A DNA stretch of 64,000 nt, taken from Podarcis melisellensis. Lineage: Eukaryota. A model generated the notes under the pieces. It had not been told where the DNA came from. It saw only the letters and a list, made by a program, of their open reading frames with translations, and searched no databases. The stretch lies in the NCBI GenBank assembly GCA_964234715.1, contig OZ174279.1; one strand, written 5' to 3'. How positions within the stretch are numbered: position 1 is the stretch's first letter; every line of letters begins with the position of its first letter. The translations under genes and the position numbers were made by a program. This document shows, in pieces, positions 1 through 12,500 of the stretch.

Positions 1-210
1 AAACAAAAAAATTCCTTCCAGTAGCACCTTAAAGACCAACTAAGTTAGTTCTTGGTATGAGCTTTCGTGTGCATGCACACTTCTTCAGATACCTGAAGAA
101 GTGTGCATGCACTCAGATATCTGAAGAAGTGTGCATGCACACGAAAGCTCATACCAAGAACTAACTTAGTTGGTCTTTAAGGTGCTACTGGAAGGAATTT
201 TTTTTTGTTT
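1..210. mobile_element. Fold-back (inverted) terminal-repeat fragment of a Penelope-like retroelement (Neptune-like, tentative); may extend past the window edge
   Basis: Positions ~1-90 are the reverse complement of ~118-210. The same sequence recurs at 1631-2675 and 22323-22524 and carries the CTGAAGA...GAAAGCTC hammerhead core typical of PLE terminal repeats. Confidence 0.8.
116..155 (+). ncRNA. Minimal type I hammerhead ribozyme motif (PLE-associated), sense to DOCK1
   Basis: tat-CTGAAGA(121-127)-A-GTGTG/CATG/CACAC stem II-GAAA(143-146)-GC-TC^ata. Palindromic AGCT minimal stem III; predicted cut after C150. A mirror copy lies on the - strand at ~56-92. Confidence 0.7.
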
Positions 211-1376
211 TATCTGGATTAAGTTTGAGTTTATTCACCTACTTCAGTTCATCATGATCCTAGACATCTATTTAGAACCTTAAACACCACAGCTGAACCA
301 GATGAAAATGAGCAACAGAGCTAGGTATCATTAATGTACAAACAGCACTCCAACCATATCTTTCAATGACCTTACCCAGTGGTTTCATATACCGTAGATA
401 GCATGGGAGATCAAGGAACCTTGCAGTATTGCATAAGCCAAAAACTGCAGGCTGGAGCAGAATCTTCCCATCACCATCTTTTGAGATTGTTCTTATAGCT
501 TTAAGAATTCAAGGAGAAACAAATAGGGTCACACTTTTTGCTTTTTCTACCTCATAGGAATTATTTTGTTACCAAGTCAGGCAATTGTTCCATCTATCTT
601 AGTATTGTGGACATTGGCTGGCAGCAGCTCTGAAGGATTTCAGGAACAAGTTTTCCCCCAGCACTGCCTGGATACATCAGGAACTGAACCTGGGACCTTT
701 TGTGTGAAAACTATATGTTCTATCGCTGAGCTACAGCTCCTATCCCCAGCTAAGCATTAAGTTACTGACCAAAGTGTCCAAAGCAGCATCAGTTCTAGAA
801 CTTTGTCAAAATCTAGGCTGGCATGGATCTAAATAACCCATGTCAACTGGGAATGTTTGACTCTCAAGCAGCATCACACAGATTTGGGCACTGCTCTTGT
901 CAGAATAATATTTATCTGTCATGAAAAATTACTTCTGAAACAGCAGCTGATTGGATATGTGAGGAAGCTCATTGTGGAGGAATACCAAGCACTGGGAAGG
1001 GAAAGGGGGAGAGCACGCTCCTCCTCTTCTTATATCTCCAACCTCCCATCACTGAAAAGGGAGGAACTTCTTGCAGGTAAAAAAAAAAACCATTAACCAT
1101 GTTTCCCCATCTACATCATTTTGTCTCAACCCTATACTATTCACAAGCTAATGGGCAAGCTATTGACAAGTTTTTTGTTATTAACATGCATGACTGTGGG
1201 TTGCAATTAAAACGTTTTCCATAACACTGAGAATTGAGTTCACCAGATGGTATTCTGCATAGTGATGTGAATGCCAATCAGACTTTTTCTTTGAATTAAA
1301 TGTGGATGACATAAAAATGATGTGGGTAAGATGGAATGTGCAAAGTTAGAGAAGTCCATCTCTACTTTTTATGCCT

Positions 1377-1497
1377 TGTTGTTGTTGTTGTTGTTGTTTA
1401 GTCATGTAGTCGTGTCCGACTCTTTGTGACCCCATGGACCAGAGCACGCCAGGCTCTCCTGTCTTCCACTGCCTCCCGCAGTTTGGTCAAACTCATA
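1377..1497 (-). mobile_element. BovB/RTE LINE 3' end fragment with (CAA)n tail
   Basis: (TTG)n followed by tagtcgtgtccgactctttgtgaccccatggacc; similar to 47193-47417, which encodes the BovB C-terminal peptide. Confidence 0.75.
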
Positions 1498-1674
1498 CTT
1501 CTTATGCCTACCACCTCTCAAACACATTTTTGTAGAACATACAGTCAGCCCACGGTATTCCACTCTGTCCTCTGGGGTTGTTGCTGTTTCCAGGTCTCAG
1601 GTGTTTCCATCTTATGCGACTGTTATCTTCAAAACAAAAAAAATTCCTTCCAGTAGCACCTTAAAGACCAACTA

Positions 1675-2590
1675 CCGTATTTTTCGCTCTATAACACGCA
1701 CCTGACCATAACACGCACGTAGTTTTTAGAGGAGGAAAACAAGAAAAAAAATATTCTGAATCAAATGTCCAACTGTGGCCACTTTGTAACATGTCCACGA
1801 AAAGTGTGCTTATTTTTATCTGCTTTTTTAAGTTGGAAGAGGAAGGGAGGGAGGGAAGGAAGAGAGAGGGGGAACTCACATTTGTGCAGCTGCCTTGCCT
1901 CGAACGGGAGCAAAAAGAGGAGGAGACACAGGGACACGAGCCTTGTAAGCTGCTTTGTTTGAATTTACCGGTGAGGTGCTGGGGGATGGACAGAAAGGGA
2001 TGCCCTCTTTGTCCCTCCTTCCGGTTCATTGTAAAGAAAGCAGAGCCGCTTACATGTGTGTAAGGGAGAGCCATAGAGCAGGCAGACACTGAGAATCTGA
2101 ATGCGCTCAGCTGTTGCCGGCTTCCCTCCCAGCGACGGAGCAAGAGAGGAGAGGCTGCCGAAAAGGCAGCAAGCAGGCAGACACGCTGCACTCAGCTGTG
2201 CCGGCTTCCCTCCCAGCGACGGAGGAGGAGAGGAGAGGGAAGAGAGGAGAGGCTGCCGAAAAGGCAGCAAGCAGGCAGACACGCTGCACTCAGACGGAGG
2301 AGGAGAGGAGAGGCTGCCGAAAAGGCAGCAAGCAGGCAGACACGCTGCACTCAGCTGTGCCGGCTTCCCTCCCAGCGACGGAGGAGGAGAGGAGAGGGAA
2401 GAGAGGAGAGGCTGCCGAAAAGGCAGCAAGCAGGCAGACACGCTGCACTCAGACGGAGGAGGAGAGGAGAGGCTGCCGAAAAGGCAGCAAGAGCGGCTCC
2501 TCCCACCTGCATTCGCTCCATAACACGCACACACATTTCCCTTTATCTTTTAGGGAGGGAAAACTGCGTGTTATGGTCCGAAAAGTACGG
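1675..2590. mobile_element. Non-autonomous Tc1/mariner-superfamily (pogo/Tc2-like, CCGTA-TIR) element with internal tandem repeats
   Basis: TA TSD; ends CCGTATTTTTCG...CGAAAAGTACGG; subterminal repeated TAACACGCAC; same family as 25010-25833, 51522-51780 and 62153-62411. Confidence 0.85.
2149..2490. repeat. 159-bp tandem duplication built from five copies of the GCTGCC-GAAAA-GGCAGC hairpin module
   Basis: 2149-2307 is repeated at 2308-2466, followed by a partial copy; explains the repetitive ORFs at 1965-2593. Confidence 0.9.
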
Positions 2591-5016
2591 TAAGTTAGTT
2601 CTTGGTATGAGCTTTCGTGTGCATGCACACTTCTTCAGATACACTGAAACCAACACGGCTACCTATCTGTAACTGTTATCTTCAAGGCATTACAAGGTGT
2701 GCGTTTGAACCCACATCAAAGTGTACGCCAAAGAACCTGTATCTGATGCCACACAACACTATAATACAACGGTGATAGTTCTTGTCACAGTGCTGGAAAG
2801 AAGTATGTTAATTACATGCATTATGCAACGCTTAATGAAATGATCACCATACATTGGGATTATATGTGCCATAGACTGACACATCCTGGCATAGTCCTCC
2901 TGTTTTCTGCTTCACTCCCATGTCATTCTTTTTTCTATCACTTGAGACTTTTGCCTCTTACCACTTCCTCATCAATAGTCCTACACTCTTCCTCTTTTTA
3001 ATTGTGACCTTCAGGGTGCCATCCTATGCCACTTTCCAGAATGAAGTGCCATTGATTTTATTCTGAGTTGACTTGCTTAGGATTGTGCTATGTTTTGAAG
3101 TACTCCATTTTCAAAGCAATTATTACATACTTTTTCTGTGATTACAAATTCATGCAAGGAGGCAAACACAATACAGTTGCTTACCAAAATAGTACTTAAA
3201 GCAGCTATTCAAATGCTCTCACCATCCTCCTTCCAGTTAACACATAATACTATTTTTGATTCTTGTCAAGGCAACTGGTAAACATGAAATGAAGCCTGTG
3301 CTCATCCCTATAAATGTCCATGTGATTCTCTACAATTAGTCCCAAAATGAAATATGAATAAGGTAACATTTGCATTTTTAAGACCAAATGTATTTAGCAG
3401 GAAAAAGCTGAAAGGGTCTGGCTATCAGCACTTAACAGTGACCTGTAAAATGGGCACATGCCAGTAATTAACAAAGGAAGAAATTGTGAAATGGGGTAAC
3501 CAAACCTTAAGTTGCTACCTATGCCTGATGCTGGCTGAACAAAAGAAGTGTGTTGTTTGTCTTGTTTTATCAAAGACTATTAAGTACTGCTTTATATGTC
3601 GGTGAATTATCTTTATCGCAAGGAGGCGAGAGCAATTTATGTGTGTTGAGCAAACAAAGCAGACTTGCAGCTTGTTCACAGCATCTAGTTGACTGATTTG
3701 AAATGAGAGGTGTTAAAGTGCAAGGAAACAGAACATTTATTTAATCAAACTGTTGTTTGTTTTGACCCAAGTGCTGCATTCCAGTGGTGGGTGAGGCAGA
3801 TATGGGTGGGGTAAACCTACCCAAAGACATGTACTTCTGTCTGCCCCCACTGCAGTCACAAATACACTGCTGAAAAGTCCTGCTTCCTCTCTCTACTATT
3901 GTTAAGTCACGGATAAACAAGCCAGAGTCTGGCTTATTGTGACATTATTCCAAACCCATCCTTATAGTTTTTTTCACAAACCATGATGTGTTGTTTTTAA
4001 CTTTGGTTTAATGTGATCTGTGAGCTAGGCCAGTGTGTTAAGAGACTATGTTGTTTATTGTTTCATAGCCTGGGTCTATATTCTGCAAAAAAAGAGAAGT
4101 ATTTTAGCTAAGATTGCAAAAGAAAAAGGGGGGTGTTGTCAATCACTTGGGAGGGAAATGCATGTAGTTGGTGAGTTGTTCCTGAGGAGATCACATGTGG
4201 TGCAGAAACAGAAATATCACTCACATCTAGTTCAAAGGATGCAAGAGAACAAAACTCACTTGAGATGTTACGTTTAAATGGAACAACTTTCTCTGCATTA
4301 TTATGCCTGGTAGCTGTTCCACCCTTGGCCACATACCTTATGAGGCTAAAAGGTTATTTGGTGTGCGCACATTTTGTCTGAAAGGCTGAAAGTAACAACT
4401 ATAATAAAATACATTGTGACAAAACAACAACAACAAAAAGAATTTACGCTGCAGAAGATAAGGCCGAGGGGGAGGCAGGGTTGCTGTCAGGAAGAAGGGG
4501 AAGGCAAGAAGGAGGGTAGTGTGCTCTTGGCTGTTCAGTTTCTTACACCAGCCCTGTAAATACCCAAGACATGGCCTTTCTAAGAGGTTGCCCTCCTTAA
4601 CAAGTGTAACCATGGCTTCTGTAATCTCCTCAGAGATCATAAGTCTAAATCAGATAGTTTTGCCTCATGTTACATTTCAAGGTTAGGTATTTAAACAATT
4701 TTTAAAGTGTTTATAACTCAAAACATAACATAATATAAACTCCTTCTACGTTAAACAATAAGTGGTTTCTTCACTGTCTGAAATATTTTCTATTTATTTA
4801 TTCAGATGTCGCATAAGAATTTGGAGAAAGCAACCTCAGTTATTTTTGGTTTCAAAAATAATGGCTCTCTAATTTAAGGCAGATACAGTCAGGGGGGAAA
4901 CTGGCATATTAAGGGCAGCATCTATCAGTTGGGACTGAATCGTGTGATTTATGGGGTGTTGTCTTCTTTGGTGATTGCTAGTAGCCAAGTTTGTCTTCCA
5001 TTAACATGGTCTTAAC

Positions 5017-5276
5017 CATGGGTAGGCAAACTAACACCCAGGGGCCAGATCTGGCCCAGTCACCTTCTAAATCTGGCCCGCAGACGGTCTGGGAATCAGC
5101 GTGTTTTTACATGAGTAGAATGTGTGCTTTTATTTAAAATGCATCTCTGGTGCATTTTAAATAAATGTAGGGCATAGGAGTTCGTTCATCTCCCCCCCCC
5201 CCAATATAGTCCAGCCCCCCACAAGGCCTGAGGGACAGTGGGCCTGGCCCCTGCTGAAAAAGTTTGCTGACCCTTG
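5017..5276. mobile_element. hAT (Charlie-like) MITE
   Basis: Ends CATGGGTAGGCAAACT...AGTTTGCTGACCCTTG; a homologous copy lies in the opposite orientation at 55262-55510. Confidence 0.75.
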
Positions 5277-5279
5277 GTT

Positions 5280-5720
5280 AAGAGTGAGTCCGTAAATGAC
5301 TGTGGAGGCCAATTCTGGATCCACACATTCTTCTACTGTGGGGACATAGATTTCCGGGTTGGAGTTGATCACACTGAGGGTTTACCAAGTGTGCCTTCCT
5401 CTTAGCGTGTTTCTCCCTTTCATCCTGAGTTCGAGCGTCTTCAAAGCCCATAACACCTTTGGTAAAGGCTGTTCTTCAGTTGGAGCAGTCACAGGTCAGT
5501 GTTTCCCAGTTGTCGGTGTTTATACTACATTTTTAAAGATTTGCCTTGGGAGTCTTTAAACCTCTTCTGTTGACAGCCAGCATTACGCTTTCCATTATTA
5601 AGTTCGGAATATGGTATTTGCTTTGGAAGATGATAATCAGGCATCCGAACAACATGACCAGTCCAACAATTGATGGGTGCATACTGGAATTCACTGGCTT
5701 TTTTACACCCCTCCTTCATT
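5280..5720 (-). mobile_element. Degraded RTE-clade LINE 3' fragment
   Basis: ORF 5525..5719 gives WTGHVVRMPDYHLPKQIPYSELNNGKRNAGCQQKRFKDS, the typical RTE ORF C-terminus. Confidence 0.8.
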
Positions 5721-8700
5721 ATTTGATACCTGGCAAAGCATGATTTTATTCAGTGGCGCAGAACTGGTTGGCAAGGTATAACAATTTCTGCGATCTGGTG
5801 TTTGGAAATTAGGAATAACCAAATGGGAAAACATTAAAAAGTCAGAATGCTCTAAGGCCTTCACTTTGGATTTGTATCTTTAGTACCAAACCCTTGAAGT
5901 TTTATGGTTTTCCTAGAGATGTACAGAAAGCTCCATGTATTCACTCCTCACACTACCATTCACAGACTTCTTGGCAGGAATGTTTCAAGTGGGTAGCTGC
6001 AGAATTAATCTGAGTTGTTTGCACCGAGTAGTAGAGCTGATTGCTTCTATTTTTCAGGAGATTTCAAACAGCTAGTAAATTAAAAACAATTCTAGCTGCA
6101 ATCAAGGTGTCTGTCTCCTGGTGAACTGATTCTTCTACCAGAGAGACAAACAGAAGATCCCTGCTTCCATTTTAGAGCATCTGATGATAGGCATTTCGTG
6201 TTATTTTGAATAAAGGCTGTATGATGTCTGTGTTTAGCTGATCTCTGAACATTTTAAAAAATGAGGCTCACAGAGACCATGCTGTTCTTTAGCTTACAGT
6301 GCTATTATATTTTCTCCAACTTCAGAAGTTACCCACAAAGTGTTCCAGCCATTTGAAAGGTACCCAGTCATTTCCTGAAAATGTGAGAGACAATATACAG
6401 CAAACACAAATTTTATTTATTATGATTTTTATTCCCTTCTTCAGCCCAATAGCTCCAAGACACAACACAAGAAGAAAAAGGGATTGGAAGATAAGGGAAG
6501 GGAAGTGAGGGAAACAAACTCAAATACCAATCCTCAATTAAATAGCAGTTCTTAGAACGATCAACTGTAATGGAAACAGTTCAGAAAGGGAAGGAACCAG
6601 ATGTAGCTGAGCTGATGAAATGGTTGTGCTTTCAATTCTTTACTTAACCTGTAGATTTCTGGTCGGAGATTATAATAAAAAAGTTACTTGACATTATGAT
6701 ACAGTGCTTTCAATTATTTTGTTCTCACAATTATAAAAGCCATTTTAACTTATTTAAAATGCGGCATGACAGGCTTGCATAAATCACACTAGATAAATGG
6801 CTTCTGCCTGGAGGAATGCATCTATGAAGTACCTGTGATGATTCTTTTTAAAGAAAGAATCTCATTGCCACTGACTGCAAGCTGTTACAGAAGTACTTGC
6901 ACTCTCAAGAAATGGGTATTAGACTATTCCATAGTGGATAAAATTATTTCTGTCAAAGAAGGCAAGGCACTTCTGATGGTCAGTGGCACTTCAGTGGGTT
7001 CAGTTGTGATGCCGGGACTAAGAGAGGAAAGGTTCACAAAAAAATGGAGCAATCCTTCCATAAACAGAGTTCCTGTTCTCATCCCCCACCCCCCGGTAAA
7101 GTTATTTCTTCCATCTTCCTACCCTTATAAAATAGGCAACATGTTTTACATTAGTAAATTATGCTAGAAGATTTGAGCGACTTGCATTTAAAGCTTGAGC
7201 TGTAATAACTTTGTGCCAGATTAGCAGGAATGCAGCGATGCTGGGTAAATAATCCTGTTTTGTACTAGTTTATAATGGATTTGTTGATGGGAAACTACTT
7301 TTCTATCTGTTTACATCATGGTAATTTGATAACCCATTTGTATTACTTAAACTGCATATTTTGTAAATGTTGTCACTGCAAAGCAATTTGTTACAAGTAC
7401 TATGTAGAAACTGCTCCCATAAAAGTGTTTTCTAAATTGCTTTGCTTGCAGCTACAGAAGTTACCATAGAGAATGATTCCTCATATTGGATTTTCAAAGC
7501 CACAGGAGTGGCCACAGAGCAGAAAGAGAGACAACTTTATGATTTAAGACTCTGTAATGCCCCACTTGTGAAACAAAATGATATAAGCTTCAACAGGCAT
7601 GCAGAACATAACACTACAGTCTCCTAATGCCCCAAACAAGGTGGGTGATTTATCACCTGTTAGGCTTTATTTCAAAGGGGAAAATGCTGTAAGAGATAGA
7701 AAATGAAAGGAAATTAAAATATAGATTATACAGTCATTTTTTCACAATTTTTATCCAATTCCAATCTTCATGGCTATATAAGCGGCTTCTTTTTTGTACT
7801 TATGATTAGATTTATTGCCGATAGATATACTATACCATTTGACAGATATACATAGATGATATAAAATTATCTGTTCCAGGCAGATGGAATTCTGTGATGT
7901 GATTGCTGTAAGCATTTAGGATCTCCAGCACATGAAAACATCATTCATTTTGTCACAATAAATGTCAGTCTGCATCCATTTCTTTGCCTGATAAGAATAT
8001 TGTAATACAAAGGGGGCTAGTTATTAATGCAAAAGGACAGTTCACAAGTTATTGTGCTCTTTTAAGCATAAGCATATAGATTTTTCATTCAAGAATTCAT
8101 TTTTGTGCTTTTAGAATAAAAATGTAGAAAGAACAAAAGCACTGAATGCCGTAATTTGCTTTAACACTGCTTCTACAACTCACTGAGAGACAGTTATGGG
8201 AAGACTGGGCCATGGAAAAGGTAGGGGAAGCCCTAAATCAGGAGAATAATATCTACTTCCTAAACTCCAAAAAAAGACTGCCACATCTCAAAAAGAACCT
8301 GATCTGAGTAAACCCCCAGTCAAGTTAAGGACATTGGGGGGAAAAGCTAGTGAATGCAGTGTCTATGGTTCATGTTCACTTATTCTTTACCTTGCAAGCA
8401 GAAGTTGTATGACTTCAATGCCACCTTAAAAGTCAATGACCTGGAAAGCTGAGTAAAGTGTAAAATATATATAGATGCTTTTACATGCTCTGGGGACATG
8501 AGGTCATGAACCCTTGCTCTTCCATGGCAAATTGGCTCCCGCAATGGTTAGATGCTGGACATGGGGTAGGGCTCCCGATCATGTGATCAAAGATTCTAAC
8601 CCCTGAATAAAGTTCCTACGCTGCTGTGACAAAAAATAGGATCTAGAAAGAAGGTATATCAAGAGGAATCCTCCTGGACTCCTAAGTACAGTTCTTTCAG

Positions 8701-9344
8701 TACATAACACTGGGCATGTTCTAGCAGCACTAGAGCATTAGATAATAAGTTTTATTTATATCCCGCCCTCCCCAGCCGAAGCCGGGCTCAGGGCGGCTCA
8801 GAGGCCCTGATAGTAGCCAGCGTAAGGTACTAGTGGGGGTTCCCTTCATCTCATGATGTTGTGTGAAGGTGCTATTCTGGTCGCTCAAAATGTCCTGCTT
8901 GTTGCTCTCAATTCTAAGAGTCCAAAACACATTGACTCTGGTGCAGATCAGCAAAGAGGTTCTTAATGGCTCACAAATCTGGGACTTTGAGCAGGCAATG
9001 ACCATTTTAGGCTCATCCAAATGATGCACAATCGCGCACGCATGCCCAGTCCTGAACCTGAAAGTGGCCCCAAAACATAAAGATGTCACAAAAAGGAGGA
9101 AGAGGTCTGCTCATGCTCTGGTGATGCACATGGGAGTCTGGAACTTAACCCTCGTGCAAAATGAGTATTGCCTGTAATAGAAGCTGTTACTTTCCTTATT
9201 CCAGTACCATGACACCTTTGTCAGACTACTGACGTGATTGGCTCTAGTGCCAGTAGATAGTATGTACCCTCTTTTTTTATTTGCCATATACCTGTTTTAA
9301 ATATCATCCCAAACTTAATCAACAGATTCTCTGTTTATGAAATA

Positions 9345-9584
9345 CAGTCATACCTCAGGTTGAATACGCTTCAGGTTGAGCACTTTCAGGTTGCGCTCTG
9401 CGGTGACCCGGAAATGACGGCACGCGTTACTTCTGGATTTCACCGCTCGTGCATGTGCAGACGGTCAAAATAACGCCATGCACAGAAGCGGGGAATCGCG
9501 GCACACGCAGAAGCGGGTTGCGTTCGCTTCAGGATGTGAACAGGACTCCGGAACGGATCCCGTTCGCATCCTGAGGTACCACTG
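9345..9584. mobile_element. Tigger-type MITE
   Basis: TA|CAGTCATACCTCAGG...CCTGAGGTACCACTG|TA. Confidence 0.8.
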
Positions 9585-12500
9585 TATTCCTTTTAAAAAA
9601 TGAAACCCTTTTGATTGGTCAGCATTCAAGGGGAAAGGGATAAACCCAGTGTCCTTTACAATTCTATTGTTTCCTTTTCTTTTTGAAGAAGACAGGCCAT
9701 CAAGGGATTATCTTTCTGGGGAACACTCCCCCTAAAATCGGTGATATGGTCCTGTTCTACCATTCTGATCATTGGTAGTTTCTTTGAGCAGGAGGAAGAG
9801 AGACGTCTTCATTAAGAAGAATACTATCTATCAGGGGTAGATGGATTTGAGGAAACATTTTTTGTCAGCTCAGGTCAAGGTGCAGAAATTATACTCCATG
9901 AATCCTGAAACTCTAATTCAGGTACTATGAAATGACTTTTGTGTTAGACCACTGTGAATAGGGGGTTTAAGTTTATTTTCACAAACTGTTACACCCTGGA
10001 TAATTAAGAAATCTAGAATCACTAAGCCATTACTGCAATAATACATAGATGGAACTATGCTCTAAGAGAGACGCTGGAACAACATCTGCTTTAAATAAGT
10101 ATTAAGTAGTAGATTCTTCCAAAGTGTGTGAAGTGTCAATGCTACTATAAGTTTTCTTTTTACCCCGTCTGATTTTTTGTTTTACCCAAATGATTCCTGT
10201 TTGAGAGAGGCGAGGTGCAAGGTTGTCCATTAACAACACTTCAATCAAACTCCCACTAGTTTCTAGCTGACACTTAAAACTTCCCAAGGAGTCTGGTCAT
10301 GACCAGTGAATAACTGGGGGGCAACCTCAACCTTGTAAACCAAGATGATTAAAGCCACAGGTAGACTTGTTTTTCTTCCGTGTTTCCAGACAATGATTTG
10401 ATTTCAGCAATGCTACCCAAGCCCTGATAGATTCAATAATTGTACCAAGAGTGTGTGGTCCAACATGTCCTTTCCATGAAAATGGGCATGAAAGAGCTTG
10501 ACTAGAAGAAGCTCAATAGTCTATTCTACAAAACAGATTGATTACTGGGGAATTATTGTAAGACATCTCAGCCTATTTTAAAATTAATAGGGTTTGTGAG
10601 ATTCTTTGAAACTCATTTAATGTGGTCCTTCAGGGCAAATGTATAATCCTCACTGATTACTTAAAGAGACATCAGGAGCCCCAAAAGATAAACGTATATC
10701 CTTCTAATTCATTCACTATGCATACCACTCCTTATGAGGTAATAACCTTGATAGTGTAAAAAAACTGTCCCCTAAATAAATTATTTAAACAAATCATGCA
10801 CATTTCATTATATCAATGACACCACTGCAATTTTATGTTATTAGAAGAATGCTGAATTGAAAATCCTAAGGCACATCCTATACTGTACTGTCCTTTCTCA
10901 ATCCTTTGTGTTGTTGCATTGGGCTATCCTTTCCTACAAGAGCTTCTACAATACCTTAACTGGAGGGTCAGACAGTTGCCTTTTATTTTGTAGTGAAAAT
11001 GCAGACGTGTCGCTACAGAGCTTTTCTAAAAATTGCTTTGAACTTGTGTGTTTAAAAACAGTTAAGTTCATTGACATATCCTGAAAAATGGATTATTTTT
11101 GCCCTTTTAGTTCTTAGCCCTTGTCTGGGATATATTTTAAACTGTACCTGTGAATGAACTGGGCCTAATTGTTAATTTGAGAAGCTGTATCTATGTTCTT
11201 GGTTAAAAAGAGTGCTTGTACATACCTAGTATTTTCCATTCTTCATAAGCTGACATGACTGTGTTTAATATAAGAACTCTCAAATGTCTTGAGGTTATCA
11301 TAGCAGCGATTTCTATTTATAGGGTTGCTTTAACATGCGAAGGGAAAATTATGTAAATTATTTGTTCTATGGAAAGTAGATGAGTTAATGTTGGGAAATG
11401 CATGAAGTTACTGCTTTCTTTAGGAGCAAGTACAACAAAAATACAGCTCAGAAATAAGTTTATTAAAAAAACTATATTCTTCTGCGCGCATGACTTGAGC
11501 ACCATATGTTGTAGATACTCTGATCTTGTCTGACATAACCAGCACATAGCTATTGCTAGAAGAAGAAAGGGGCAAGGCAAGGCAAGGTTATTTTACTATA
11601 TACCAAGCTGATGTGCGTACTTCTTGTTAACATCTTGGTTTTCAAATCTTGTCATAGTAAACAAGTTTTCCTGAGGGCTGAATGTAGGTTATGCTTTGCA
11701 GCTAGACAGGTTTCTGCAAGTGATCTTCATGCTTTCCTAGCAGCCAGATCTAGTGACTGTATCTAGAATGTTAGGGTGTGATTTCTGTTTTTAACATATA
11801 CACTCATTCCTTCTACATAGATAGCTAGGGATCTTAGCAGGAAACATCACATAAATTCATGGAAGCTGCAGTGTATTGCTTGGATTTAAGGCAGGGAAGA
11901 GAGAGAGAAAATGACGAAGTAGCAAATTCATTTGCTTTCATGCCTTAAATGAGGGTCCTCCAGGAAAAATGGCAAAAATACAGTGTGGCCATTGCTCCAT
12001 AGCAAAGATGATTGAAACAAATACATATGCCTCCCCATTTACACAAGGGTTCCATTCCAGGGCCCTACACACATACATGGAATCGCGTATAATAGGGAGC
12101 ACCCTGGAGAGTCCTAGTGGCTCCCAAGGAGACCCACCTCAGAGCCTGAAGAGAACTGATTTGGGCTCCAGGGAGGATCTCCTTGCGTGCTTGAAGGACA
12201 GCAGGGTTTTGTGGAGCTACTTAGCCTAGGTTAGCACTGCAGCTGATCTTAGCAGAATGTGTCTTTTCCGCTATCAAATCTTAACGAGCACATCAGGCAA
12301 CTTGTTTGTTGTGAACAAATGGAATAAAATCTGTATTTTATCACAAATGTTTGGTACTTACTGAGAAGAAAGTATCGGCCAATATTTTATAATGAATTAG
12401 GACTTTAGACTGAGTTTTCTTCCTCCCATTTCTTCTGCCGATGCAGTTTGTGTTGTACAGGATCCCTTCAGTGACTCTCTCCTCTCACTCTCTAAAAAGT

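Larger units (their letters stand above)
1631..2675 (-). mobile_element. Penelope-like terminal-repeat fragment split by a MITE (pieces 1631-1674 and 2591-2675)
   Basis: ccaacTA|MITE|TAagttag rejoins to the sequence at 1-90. A direct repeat ctgttatcttcaa (1620-1632, 2673-2685) overlaps both ends. Intact hammerhead core on the - strand at ~2605-2642. Confidence 0.8.

Noticed and set aside
1965-2593. Overlapping 140-189 aa ORFs with repeated peptides
   Set aside because: They are products of a GC-rich 159-bp tandem duplication inside a MITE and show no domain features.
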